A DNA stretch of 64,000 bases from a virus: positions 1-64,000 of IMG/VR virus record IMGVR_UViG_3300032291_002123; one strand, given 5' to 3'. The notes under the pieces are model-generated. The model had not been told where the DNA came from. It did not search any database and saw only the letters and a list, made by a program, of their open reading frames with translations. Every line of letters begins with the position of its first letter. The stretch's first letter is position 1. Shown piece by piece: positions 21,401-30,800 of the stretch. The position numbers were made by a program, and so were the translations under genes.

Positions 21401-23641
21401 GCCAGTGTAAACGCCAGTGGCTTCCTTGTGACGAAGTTGGCAATAACCTTTGGCACGAACTCCCATGTATTTGCCTAAGTAACGGACACAACGCTTCCAG
21501 TCGCCCGGAGTTCCCCAGCGAATCTTGGCAGCGCCCTTGCCCTTAGTCCAATAACGGCGAAGTGACTCGGCATTGCCTCGATTGCGGTCTACACCACCTG
21601 CTGCCAAAAGTGATTCTAAATTGTCCTCAAAATACTGGTTTTCAGCGTATTCCATCAGTTCTTTGGAAGGACCGAACAGAACCATAAGTGCTTGGTCATA
21701 AGTAAATGCAGATGCCTGAATACCGTCTACCTGAAGCAATACTTCATTAAGAACCGACTCGTCTAGTGGCACTACTGGAGGAGGGGTGGCTGACTTAAGG
21801 TCAGCAAGAACCTTAGGCTCACGAATCCACTTCTTTTCCTTGCGAACGTAAGTCATAGGCTCAGGTGAAGTCTTGCTTTCTGGCACGATGCTCACCAATT
21901 CAAGAACTGCACGAGGGTCGTCTGGTGCAACAATTGCTAGATATAGAGGTGGAACATCGCTAGGCGCTGGAGAAGCGGCTTCTTCTTTTTTAGCCTCGGC
22001 TGCTGAAGTGATTGGCTTAGCCCAGTCGTTAGAGCCGTCATAGTCTTGCAACTTCTTATTCTGAGATGCAAGCCAGTCATACATCGGGTGGTTCTTTTTC
22101 TTAGAACCCGAGTCGCTTCCTGCTGACTGACCAGTTTTTCTTGCGTAATCTTTGACCTGCTCGTCAGTAAAATCTTTGAACTGGTTTCGCTGCTGTTGAA
22201 CCCAACCGCTCCAGTTAGAAAGCGCCTGATGTAAATCTTTTGTAGTGATTGCAGGTAAAGTGCCCGGCAACTGAGCGTATGGTCTGCTCACTGGAGTTCT
22301 AGGTTCGCCTAAAATGCCAGAAACATCTAGAGGCTTACCCTTGACAACGCCCGTGTTGTTAGTCATCTCTGACTTAGGGTCAATGCTTCTAGTTTTCTTA
22401 ACGTCTATTCTTCCAGTAGCGCCATTATCAAAATTGATATCTGCTGTTCCGTCAGGATTAATTTTTTGAATAGTTCCCTTGGCACCACCAGCAACTGACA
22501 CACGTCCACCAGCCTCGGCAAACTTTCCAGAAGCATCTCTTGCTTGATTCTCTACGTTTTCTGCACGCTCTGCAGAAGTATATACACCGTCATTAACAGT
22601 GGACTTTAGAGTGACTGAGTTGTCAGGCTGACCCATTGCAGCGGTGACTGCGTAATCAATAAACTCCCAGTCTTCCTCTGCGATTGCATACTCAGCGAGT
22701 TCCGCCTCTTCTGCATCTAGGTCATAGACAGAAACGTTATTGAACGGATTGCTCTGCATACGAGCACAAATAATTACAGCAGACTCAGGGTCAATCTGAA
22801 TGTGCTCTTTAGGAGTGGTGTCATTAGGGTCATCTAACGCCTTGTCATAAGTCCAAGCCGTAGACTCAATGTTTCCTAGGTCGTCCCAAACGCCATCGTC
22901 CCAAACGTAAACGTTGCCGTCTAAGTCAATCTTGTAGACACGGTCAATACCTGAACCATCTAGGCGAACACGAGCCAAGAACTCTGGAGTGGCGCTTTCG
23001 TCCATCTCAATTGACTTCTTAAAGTCACCTAGTTCTGCACCAAAGCCGTAAGAGTAATCTCCTCCAGCCTTTACAGGCTTCTTGTCCTCACGCTCAACGA
23101 TTGCCTTAGCCCAACGCCATCCAGCGTCTCCGCCCCAAAGCGCCCAAGCGATACGTCCGTTGCTAGGGAAGTTGTCTTCGCCTGGCGACCAACCCTTACC
23201 TTTTTTGTCTACCTCGTGGCGAGGGAAATACTTAGCAATGTGGCGAATCTTTTCGATGCCAATCTGACCGCCTTTGGCTAGAGTGCGAGCAGTGTTCAAA
23301 CCTACAGGGGTTCCGCCACGCTTTTCTTCTTTACGCCAGTTAAGTGCTTTTTTGGCTTCCGCTTGTACACCAGTTGGAATAGTGTATAAACGTGCAGAAG
23401 CAATTAAAGAAGATTCTTTTTTATTATTCAAAGCAAATTCAGCAAGGCTGACGATTTCAGGAGAAACTTCTGCTTCTGCCAAGTTCCATTCTTTATCTAG
23501 AACTAGGTCTTGATTACCAAACTCGACTACTAATCCTAGGTTTACGTCAACAACTACGGCGTGAGACTCGTCGGCAAAGACGGCAAGAGAGTCTTGCGAC
23601 CCGACGTATAGCGGTGCGTCGAAATTTAATTCGTTAGCCAT
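18428..23641 (-). CDS. Multidomain capsid maturation protease (two protease-like domains plus accessory domains), 1737 aa
   Basis: Upstream of the major capsid gene. Domain 1: EGVESGDGR..LPLMWQ..GHQGSVVVGRID..GISADMD..TIVPKPAF. Domain 2: GRVFGHIAAW..GGHA..GEDAYGIWVAG..SGDWR..VNVPGFP. Confidence 0.8.
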   Translation of the reverse strand: MANELNFDAPLYVGSQDSLAVFADESHAVVVDVNLGLVVEFGNQDLVLDKEWNLAEAEVSPEIVSLAEFALNNKKESSLIASARLYTIPTGVQAEAKKALNWRKEEKRGGTPVGLNTARTLAKGGQIGIEKIRHIAKYFPRHEVDKKGKGWSPGEDNFPSNGRIAWALWGGDAGWRWAKAIVEREDKKPVKAGGDYSYGFGAELGDFKKSIEMDESATPEFLARVRLDGSGIDRVYKIDLDGNVYVWDDGVWDDLGNIESTAWTYDKALDDPNDTTPKEHIQIDPESAVIICARMQSNPFNNVSVYDLDAEEAELAEYAIAEEDWEFIDYAVTAAMGQPDNSVTLKSTVNDGVYTSAERAENVENQARDASGKFAEAGGRVSVAGGAKGTIQKINPDGTADINFDNGATGRIDVKKTRSIDPKSEMTNNTGVVKGKPLDVSGILGEPRTPVSRPYAQLPGTLPAITTKDLHQALSNWSGWVQQQRNQFKDFTDEQVKDYARKTGQSAGSDSGSKKKNHPMYDWLASQNKKLQDYDGSNDWAKPITSAAEAKKEEAASPAPSDVPPLYLAIVAPDDPRAVLELVSIVPESKTSPEPMTYVRKEKKWIREPKVLADLKSATPPPVVPLDESVLNEVLLQVDGIQASAFTYDQALMVLFGPSKELMEYAENQYFEDNLESLLAAGGVDRNRGNAESLRRYWTKGKGAAKIRWGTPGDWKRCVRYLGKYMGVRAKGYCQLRHKEATGVYTGSRLNPGNETSNDSFIMEEVITENYGKPTVVTDKDMLMPIEDIMVEQDDIYDGDWQPEQEIVTACMELAKCSDEEFEALVAGARPPSGFNIDKNRGNAEKLRRYWTKGKGAAKIRWGTGGDWTRCVRYLTKYLGARSKGYCALRHKEVTGLWTGDKEHIRLYGRRGKSGVNVFSNEVVNSSSKVVEMATLRAQANALKERMGLVASMGGEYGATFSIPLVIPEGVESGDGRKFRKGAIEMRELPLPLMWQIETADGHQGSVVVGRIDQMERIEDGIGNATGVFDTGVHAKEVQRLIQNGFIRGISADMDKFEATEDKKEKEEEEDSLENKTVGKDRITINKARIMGITIVPKPAFQECQIFLATPTNQQEETMIPNGIYADDADSSDAESLVACAFVAGAIPVSPPAEWFANPKLSKATPLTVDDNGRVFGHIAAWNVDHIGMAYGTKPPRSKSNYSYFHTGVVRTDAGKDVPVGQLTLAGGHASLEASAFEAVKHYDDTASAIADVHAGEDAYGIWVAGSLRPGAQPEQIRALRASAPSGDWRPIRGNLELVAVCQVNVPGFPIARARVASGAVMALVAAGASTLAKLKADPMTELATRIKKLETLAVSDRMDEIVSAKSKFAAIKVERKAELSVKAAELSARVKGGEVDAFAYISRDTREELAKKGEALPDGSYPIRNVDDLKNAIKSYGRSKESDRAKVRKHIIKRASALKVRHMVPEEWRGDFDAETVVASADDLRSRTMAVQERLGKALATESPAVVAEDENGNPILVDGQQDVQVPVATPEKEEKPIEEEAPSVLDEPAQGEPLPTTVESGVPDASGKYTAQTQPRDEEGKFRQVLARLKRDLGTAGLQRIVEDAKYVDRLHEIGNYAEAAGAGVNLLDILDRLDEGALNKVSLENVRSSARELGKVISNLPLGFNNQNEKVRYSDLPPALQGLMDDMITRVEAKIGKKDADIATESLRAFKNGSDVYSQGEISGQMSKLLRLLT

Positions 23642-23643
23642 CG

Positions 23644-24318
23644 TTACTCGACGCCTTCCTGCGTTGGTTCAGCGGCATATCTCTTAGCCTCTTCAACTGT
23701 CATAATTCCAGTGTTAGCATCCAAAGTTTGAATCAACTCGTCTGCACTGTTTGGGTCAATCTCAATGGTGTCTAGATTCTGGTAAGAATTAGTGGAGATG
23801 TCTGCCTCAATCCAGTTGGCTTCATCTCTAGCATAGATACCAAAATTACTCATATAAACCAATGAAGTTATACGCTCGTCACCCTCACGATAGTAAACAT
23901 ACATAGCCTCGAAGACGGGAGTGTCGTCTGGGAGTTCTACGCCAAGAATTTTTTCAATCGCTGGCTTAGACTGTTTAATTATAGTCTGATATAGAACAAC
24001 CAATGGGAGAGCAGTTTTGTATTCAGAGAGCCATTCGCCGTCAGACTCAGTTAAATCTCTAATCAGGTAGGCAGTTCCGTCTACAGAAAATTCCACGTCT
24101 CGAGTGAGACCTACGGGGATTAGTTCCTCGGGGTTTACTTCGTAGTAACTAACGCTTCCGCTAGGAAATAAGACATACAATCCAGCAAACTCTGGCTCTC
24201 TGTCATAGTAAGCGCCGATAACTGGCTGATATGTATTTGCAGTTTCAAGAATGCCGACAGTGCCAAAAACAGGGGCAACTGTCTCTGACTTCATGTCAAA
24301 ATCTGGGCGTTGTGGCAT
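23644..24318 (-). CDS. Hypothetical protein (acidic, 224 aa)
   Basis: ORF with GGAG RBS, abutting the protease gene. Confidence 0.7.
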   Translation of the reverse strand: MPQRPDFDMKSETVAPVFGTVGILETANTYQPVIGAYYDREPEFAGLYVLFPSGSVSYYEVNPEELIPVGLTRDVEFSVDGTAYLIRDLTESDGEWLSEYKTALPLVVLYQTIIKQSKPAIEKILGVELPDDTPVFEAMYVYYREGDERITSLVYMSNFGIYARDEANWIEADISTNSYQNLDTIEIDPNSADELIQTLDANTGIMTVEEAKRYAAEPTQEGVE

Positions 24319-24382
24319 TTAATCTCCAACTACAAATATCTATAATCAATAATACAGTAAAAAGATAGTAGTTATAGAACTA

Positions 24383-24616
24383 CTAGACCCAGTCGGACGG
24401 GATATCTAGGTAGTCACCGTCTTGAACAGGGTTGTTCTGTAGTTCCTCGGTGACCTTGTCCCAGTATTCATCAAAAGCATCGCTCTGATTGTATGGAACT
24501 TTAATATATCTAGAGGTAGCCTCTTCTGCCGAGATACCTCGAGAAATCATCACCAACACCTGAGACATAATAGAAGCGTCTAGTGGTTGCTGCTCTGGTT
24601 CATCGTATAGTGCCAT
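24383..24616 (-). CDS. Small acidic protein, candidate immunity/antitoxin
   Basis: 77 aa; second small gene after the 3866-aa protein. Confidence 0.55.
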   Translation of the reverse strand: MALYDEPEQQPLDASIMSQVLVMISRGISAEEATSRYIKVPYNQSDAFDEYWDKVTEELQNNPVQDGDYLDIPSDWV

Positions 24617-24644
24617 AATTACCTATCTTTCCTAAGGCTATTCA

Positions 24645-24869
24645 CTAATCCTCTAAAGCCTTAAATGCTTCAGGGAAAGCCTCTTTAGCGGTAGCCTCGT
24701 CGATTTCATCATCTAGCCAGTCTTCGCCAATTAAATATCTAAAAACCTTATCGGTTTTGTTCCATTTGATTTTGTACCAAGATTCTTCGATTCCCTTACT
24801 AGGGTCAAATCGATAAAGAACTAGCGGCTTTGTGCTGTTATCATTTTCGTAAAGAACAAAATATCTCAT
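24645..24869 (-). CDS. Putative immunity protein for the RelA/SpoT-like C-terminal domain (paralog of 36954..37169)
   Basis: 74 aa; MRYF..YRFD..GIE.SWYK..W..TD.V...EIDE.TAKEAFP.AFK shared with its paralog. Confidence 0.7.
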   Translation of the reverse strand: MRYFVLYENDNSTKPLVLYRFDPSKGIEESWYKIKWNKTDKVFRYLIGEDWLDDEIDEATAKEAFPEAFKALED

Positions 24870-24883
24870 AACTTAATTCTATC

Positions 24884-27800
24884 CTATCCCGCCTCTAATC
24901 GGAATCTTTGTTCGGTAAGTTTTCCAAGTTTTAATAGTTTCCCGTAACCCTCGGGGTCTGGTATTTTTCCAGCAATACCAATCATTTGCTCATAAAGGAG
25001 TTCTTTCCTTTTAAGAAGGTTAGGGTCAATATTATTCTTGTCAATGTTAATTACTCTATATTGCTTCAAAATAGGGTGGAGTTCTGACTTAATCTTTAGA
25101 GATTCTGGGGTATGCATCTGGAACTCAACGGTTACTCCATTTTTAGTCAGTTTCATGTTGATACCTCGATAAGTATTTTTGTAAGAGTTTTTAGGCTCCC
25201 AGAAATTTTTAGGTATTACTTTGTAGCCCATATCTTCGAAACGGTTAATAAGAGCCGAAGTCGCCTCGGTGTACCTAGCATTGTCTACAACCATCGTATA
25301 TCTAATGGCATCAGAAAGTTTTTCTGCTGCCAAATCAAAATTACCATTATATTCATTGACAGCGTCGCCTTCAATTTTTCTAGCCAACGAGTCAGTAGTT
25401 TTTAGGCGGTTAGCCAGAGAAGTCAAGTCTCCCTTAAAGTAATTAGCCAACGTGACCATAGTATTGGTAATTTCTGGCTCTAGTTGCTCGGCTCTGCTAC
25501 GAACTTTTTTAGCAGCCTCTACTGCCTCAGGGCTGTAAGTTTTTTTGATAGGCTCCTCTTTTACTAAAGGTGGAATCTCAATTTTCTTGAAAACATCTTG
25601 ATTAGAGCCATTTGTTCTTCCATTTCTTATTTCATTTGCACGAGCATTAATCTCAGAAATAGGAGCATTGTCTAAAATCATTGACAACAGTTCTCTGTTT
25701 TGAGCAATTGCTTGAGTGGTTAGCCCAGTCTGAGTAGATAGGGTGGCAATTGCGCTTCTAATTTCTAGGACTCTAGGGTCAGAATCTTCCAAGTCAGAGG
25801 CTTCAATTTTATTCTTGCCAGCCTCTCTCAGCCTGATTCTTTCTTCCCTCTGACGCTCTGCTTTCTTTTCTCTGTAGAATTCTTCACCCTTAGCGACTAC
25901 ACCTTCAATTTCTTCTTTGCTGAGTTTAGACAATCCCATAAATGAAGACCATAGAGCAGGTTGGTCATACTTGAGTTCACCGCTCTCATTGGTGTGAGCC
26001 ACGTCAATATATGCGTCTGGCTTAATGACATCGCCAGTTGCCTTATCTACTTCTTTAGGCTGTCTGTAGATTAAGTTCCAAGAATCGAATAGCGAGGCTA
26101 CGTTACCGTCAGGGTTATCTGGGTTCAGTAGGTTAGACAGAGTAAAGTAAATATCGTTCTGAGTAGTGCCTGGAACGTGTCTACCAGTTCGGTCTTTTCT
26201 TAGTTTGGCGCTTCCAATTGCTACTGGCAAGTCAGTAGTCATATACAACCCAACGGTGTCGTAATCTTTCTTCTTAGCCTCTACTAATTTTTTCTCTATA
26301 CTTTTACGTTTACCGTCACCAGTTCCGTCATAGACAATATCCAACCCACGCTGAAGCGCCGCTTGCTGCAACATTTTTGCAAGCATAGAAGACTCTTCGT
26401 GCGAGTTTTCAGCCCACTTCCCATCTTCTTCGCCAGTTCTAAAGATGGCACGTAGCCCTAGAGATTTCTCTACTCGTCTCATCATTTGGCGAGCGTGCAT
26501 TTCCCTTACCTCTGGCAAAAGAATCTTGATAGTATCAGGGTCAATTACTACTGCGCCCGGAGTCAATCCAGCAGGCATAGCCGCTTCTTCTCCAGTAACA
26601 TCGTCAATTTCTCTGACAGGAGGAATGCCATATTTTTTAGCGAGTTCTCCAGGTTTTCCAGTTTTTTTGTCGTATTTGGTAAATCCGCCCTTGCCCGAGG
26701 CAGGTCCTCCACCCAAGAAGAACATCTTCGGCTTTCTACCCTTAGGAGGCTCGATTCCAGCGAGTAGTTTCTCTATAATCTTTTTTTGAGCCTTTACTCT
26801 GTCTTCATCAAATACTAGGTTTCCCTTACCATCTCTCACCATGTGTCCACCAGTAACGGTAGAGGAGAACATAGAGTTGTAAGCCTCATAGTCAAGTTCA
26901 TCTTCTAGAACAGTGCCGTCATCTAAAGTCAGCCTGTAAGTGTTCTTCCCATTTTCTGTTTCTGATGCAAAAAGAAGCCTGTCTTCAGCGTTCTTTAGAA
27001 TTATCTGTTTGATTTCTTCGTCAGAGGCAGTTCTAGGAACTTTAATGTAAGTAGCCTTTTCTTTATCCCCTAAGTCTTTAGGGTCTAACCAATAGGCAAT
27101 TTTTTTACTCTTAAGTATCTTGGTTTTAGATACGTGATAGATAGGTAGAGTTCCATCTGGAACTCCATCTATTGAATTAAACGAGATATTGAAAGAGCCA
27201 TCCTCGAGGACGTTATTTTCTTCAATCATGTTGTCCTGAGCAAGTTGCATAAATTTAGAGGCTGGAGGCTGGTCAACTACCACCCTAGAAACAGAGTCTC
27301 CCAAATCTTCATCCTCTGGATTTTGAGCAGACCGAGGGAATTCAAAATCAGGTTCAGGCTTTGTAGGGTCATCTGAAAGCCAGTTCAGAACCGCAGCCTG
27401 AGCGATATTTCTATCTGAAAATATCTGAGTTGAGTAAGCAGGTAAGTAACTTTGACCTTCTCCGCTCATCCATAGTTGCGTAGAGTATGAGTCGTCTTGA
27501 GAAGCGTATGCCCTAGGCATTTTGGTGATTCTACCGCTTCTGCCAGTGGATGCAGATTTGTAGACCCTAACATTGTTATCTACATCTTCTACTGTAACCC
27601 CTGCGTCCAACACGCTCTGAGGCAGTGGCAAGAACGGCGGTTCGGTAATTACTTCTGGCTGCTCGCCACTGATTGATGCAGGAGAGCCGTCTGCTCGTCT
27701 GAGAATCTCTAGGTGCTTAGCAACGATAGGAGTTCCCTGAGCACGACCATCGAACTTAACAACTAGAACGTCAGAGTATGAGTAAGTTCCACCAGGCTTT

Positions 27801-30800
27801 TGGTTGACTGATAGAGGTCTACGCTTTCTAACGATACCTTCCTTGATAGTTCCGTCTGCGGCATAGTGACGAACACGGTCACCAACACGAACAATGTTCT
27901 CGCCATCTCTAGACATGTAAGGAATTTGGTTCACACCAGGGAAGGCACGGTTAGCCTGAATTCTTTCGATAATGTCATTAATCTGAGAACGGCTAACAAT
28001 GTTCTGGCTTGATAAACGTAGCAACAACGAGCCAGTATCAACCTTGCGGTCAACTAGGTCTGCAACGTAACCAATCAAAGCATCTTTAGTAGCATCTCCA
28101 GTTGCTTTAATTCCAGTGTTACCAATGTATTTGGTGTCCAGTTGTTCTGGTGCAAGACTACGAGGAATTGGTAATCCAGTTCCAGGGTGGATTACCTCAG
28201 CCTGACGATTGTTTCCTTGGTTGAACCAGTTTCTTGGGTTACGACCAAACACACCTTTACCTGAGGTATTTCCCCTAATAAGCGGAGCAATCTGGTTCTT
28301 CAAGTGAGTTGAAGAGTGGGTAGAAACGCTAATCTTGTTTACAGTAGTAGTGCCAATTACTTCTCCAGCGGCATTAATTGGAGTCTCACGAACGTAAGTA
28401 ACAAAGTCTTCATTTGGCTTGCGGTGGACAACAATTTCATACTTGTATGTATCTCCACCAGCAGTGGTGAAATCACGAGAAGAAACTATTAAGTCACCGT
28501 TTTCTAACTCCACATGCTTAGGGTAGGTGTTCTTAATGTCCTGAAGAATTGCAGTGCTTCTAGCAACGTGTTGGTTCTGATAGTCGTTTCTTGCTTCTCT
28601 GTTTTGAGCACCCTCTTCAATATCAGACTGCATTGGACGTGCTTCTTTGCCGTAAGCATAGGTAAGTTCCAAGGTTGTGGTGTCATCACCAGCGTATGTT
28701 CTAAATTTGACTTTTTTAGTTGCATCTACATATGCAACTGTTCTTCTACCATCGCTGCCTACGGAGTTGAATACTACACGACCCTCTTCCCTGAGTCTTC
28801 CATCTTCATTGGTTCCAACTAAAATGTCACCAAACTTCAGGTCTGCAACTAACTTAGAAATAGGATTTGAATCCTCAGGGTGTGCTCCGTAAATAGTGGT
28901 GTCCACGCCATTTTGAATTGCATTGTTTCGTGCATCTTCAATTTCGTTGACAGCATCTGCTGCAGAAGTAGCAGGCTGCGTTCTTTCGGCAAGCATGGCT
29001 TGCATTTCGGAAATCTTATTCCTAATCCAAGGTCCGCTTCTAACGTCCATAGGTCTTCTTGCGAACCCGTCGAGAATTGCATCCCGCTTTTCTCGGTCTT
29101 CTGGGTACAAAGCGTAAGCCAACTCAACAAACTTATTTGTCTCTTCTGTAGTTGCATCTAGGGCAGTGCTTACAGGTTCTTTCTCTAGAGTTTGAAGAGC
29201 CGCAATTCTATTGTCTAACTCTGCAGCGGTTATTTTTCCTGCTTGCTGCTGATTGTAGAATTCTGCAAGATAGGCTTCCTTCATTTTGTCGTCAGTTATC
29301 TTGGCATTTACTAGGTCAAAGAATCTACTTACCTGCTCTTGGCTAGGTCTACTAACCTCATCTGCACGAGAATAGTCGTCTTCAATGCCATAACGGTCAA
29401 GAATAGCCTTACGGCGAGCAATTAGAGCAGTAGCAATACGGCTACGGTCATTAGGGTCTCGAATAATCTCAGAAATAGCATTGATTTTATCTGGAGTCAG
29501 AGGAAGCACGGTTGCTCTGGTGTATTGCTTCATCTGGTCATCAGTTAAGCCTTCAAGAATACGCTTACGTCCGTTGTAACCAGGTAGCCAGTGCCAACCA
29601 TTTGGGTTAAGGAAGAAGTCGAGCGAAAAGTTGACACCTTCTCCTTCAAATGAGCCGTCACGAATAGCAGCATCCATCAAAGCCTTTTGCTCTGGGGTGG
29701 CGGTGCGTAGCCACTTATCACGCCCGCCTGCGAGACGGCGTTCACGCCCGTCAGGGCCTTTAGGACCTTGGTCTGGGATTGGGTCCCACATCAGGGCACC
29801 GCCACCGTCAATACGAACGATGTTGCCGTTCTCGTCGATTACGGTGTTGGTTGAGTTGAACGGCCCGTCAATGTGGTCAAGCAAGATGTCAGCAGGTAAT
29901 CCGTGACGAACAGCCTCAAGAATCGGGTTCTTAGGGTCGCTATCCCAGTGGAGTGCTCGGTCATAAGTGGTTCCATCAGTTGCTGCAGGGATAAACTCTG
30001 TGACAACAAATTCTTGTCTGAGACCAGCAAAGCCAAGGTCTCTGGTTCCACGCTGAGGCTTAGACGCTCTAACGCCCATTGCACGGTAGAAGGCTTGGGC
30101 AGCAATTTCTTGGTCTTTTGCTCTCCAACCCCAACTATCGTCTTCGCTAATATCAAAACTCTTAACTACATACTTCTTACCAGTAGCAGGGTCTTGCATC
30201 AAAAATGGTGCATTAACTCCACCGCTAATTTCGCCAGGCAATGAAATAAAAGAGTCCAAGTCAATCTCGGTGTTTGCGTGAGCAATAATAGATGACACTG
30301 ATTCTGGAGTCATCAATCCAACTTGGTTTAGAGCGGCTTCGTCAACTGGTTGACGTAGGCTGGTAACACGCTTCTTCACTAACTCGTTAGTGTCTACACC
30401 TTGGTACTGTAGAGCATCACGGATTGCAAGAATATCTGTGGTTTGCACATAACTTGTGTCGTTGAACCTAAGTTGAACTGAAAGTCTACGGTTGTTCAAA
30501 GCATCAACAAATCCGTCTTCTAGAGCCTTGCCGTCAAAGTTATTTGCAATATATGCAGCACTGCTTGCTCCGCCATCTAAACGTTTTTGTGTAGCATCAA
30601 CGGAGTTGGGGTTATAAGTTCCGCCTAATACGTTGTCTTGTCCGTCATCTAAGTCGAACACTTCATTGTTAGACAGAAGCGGGAATCTTGGTATCCCGTT
30701 ATTATTTCTAAATTGATTAGGTTTTCTAACGCTATTTACTACTTGTGCTACTGTGTCGTAACTGCTATCTTCCATGCCACGAAGTTCTGCTTCAGGCAAT

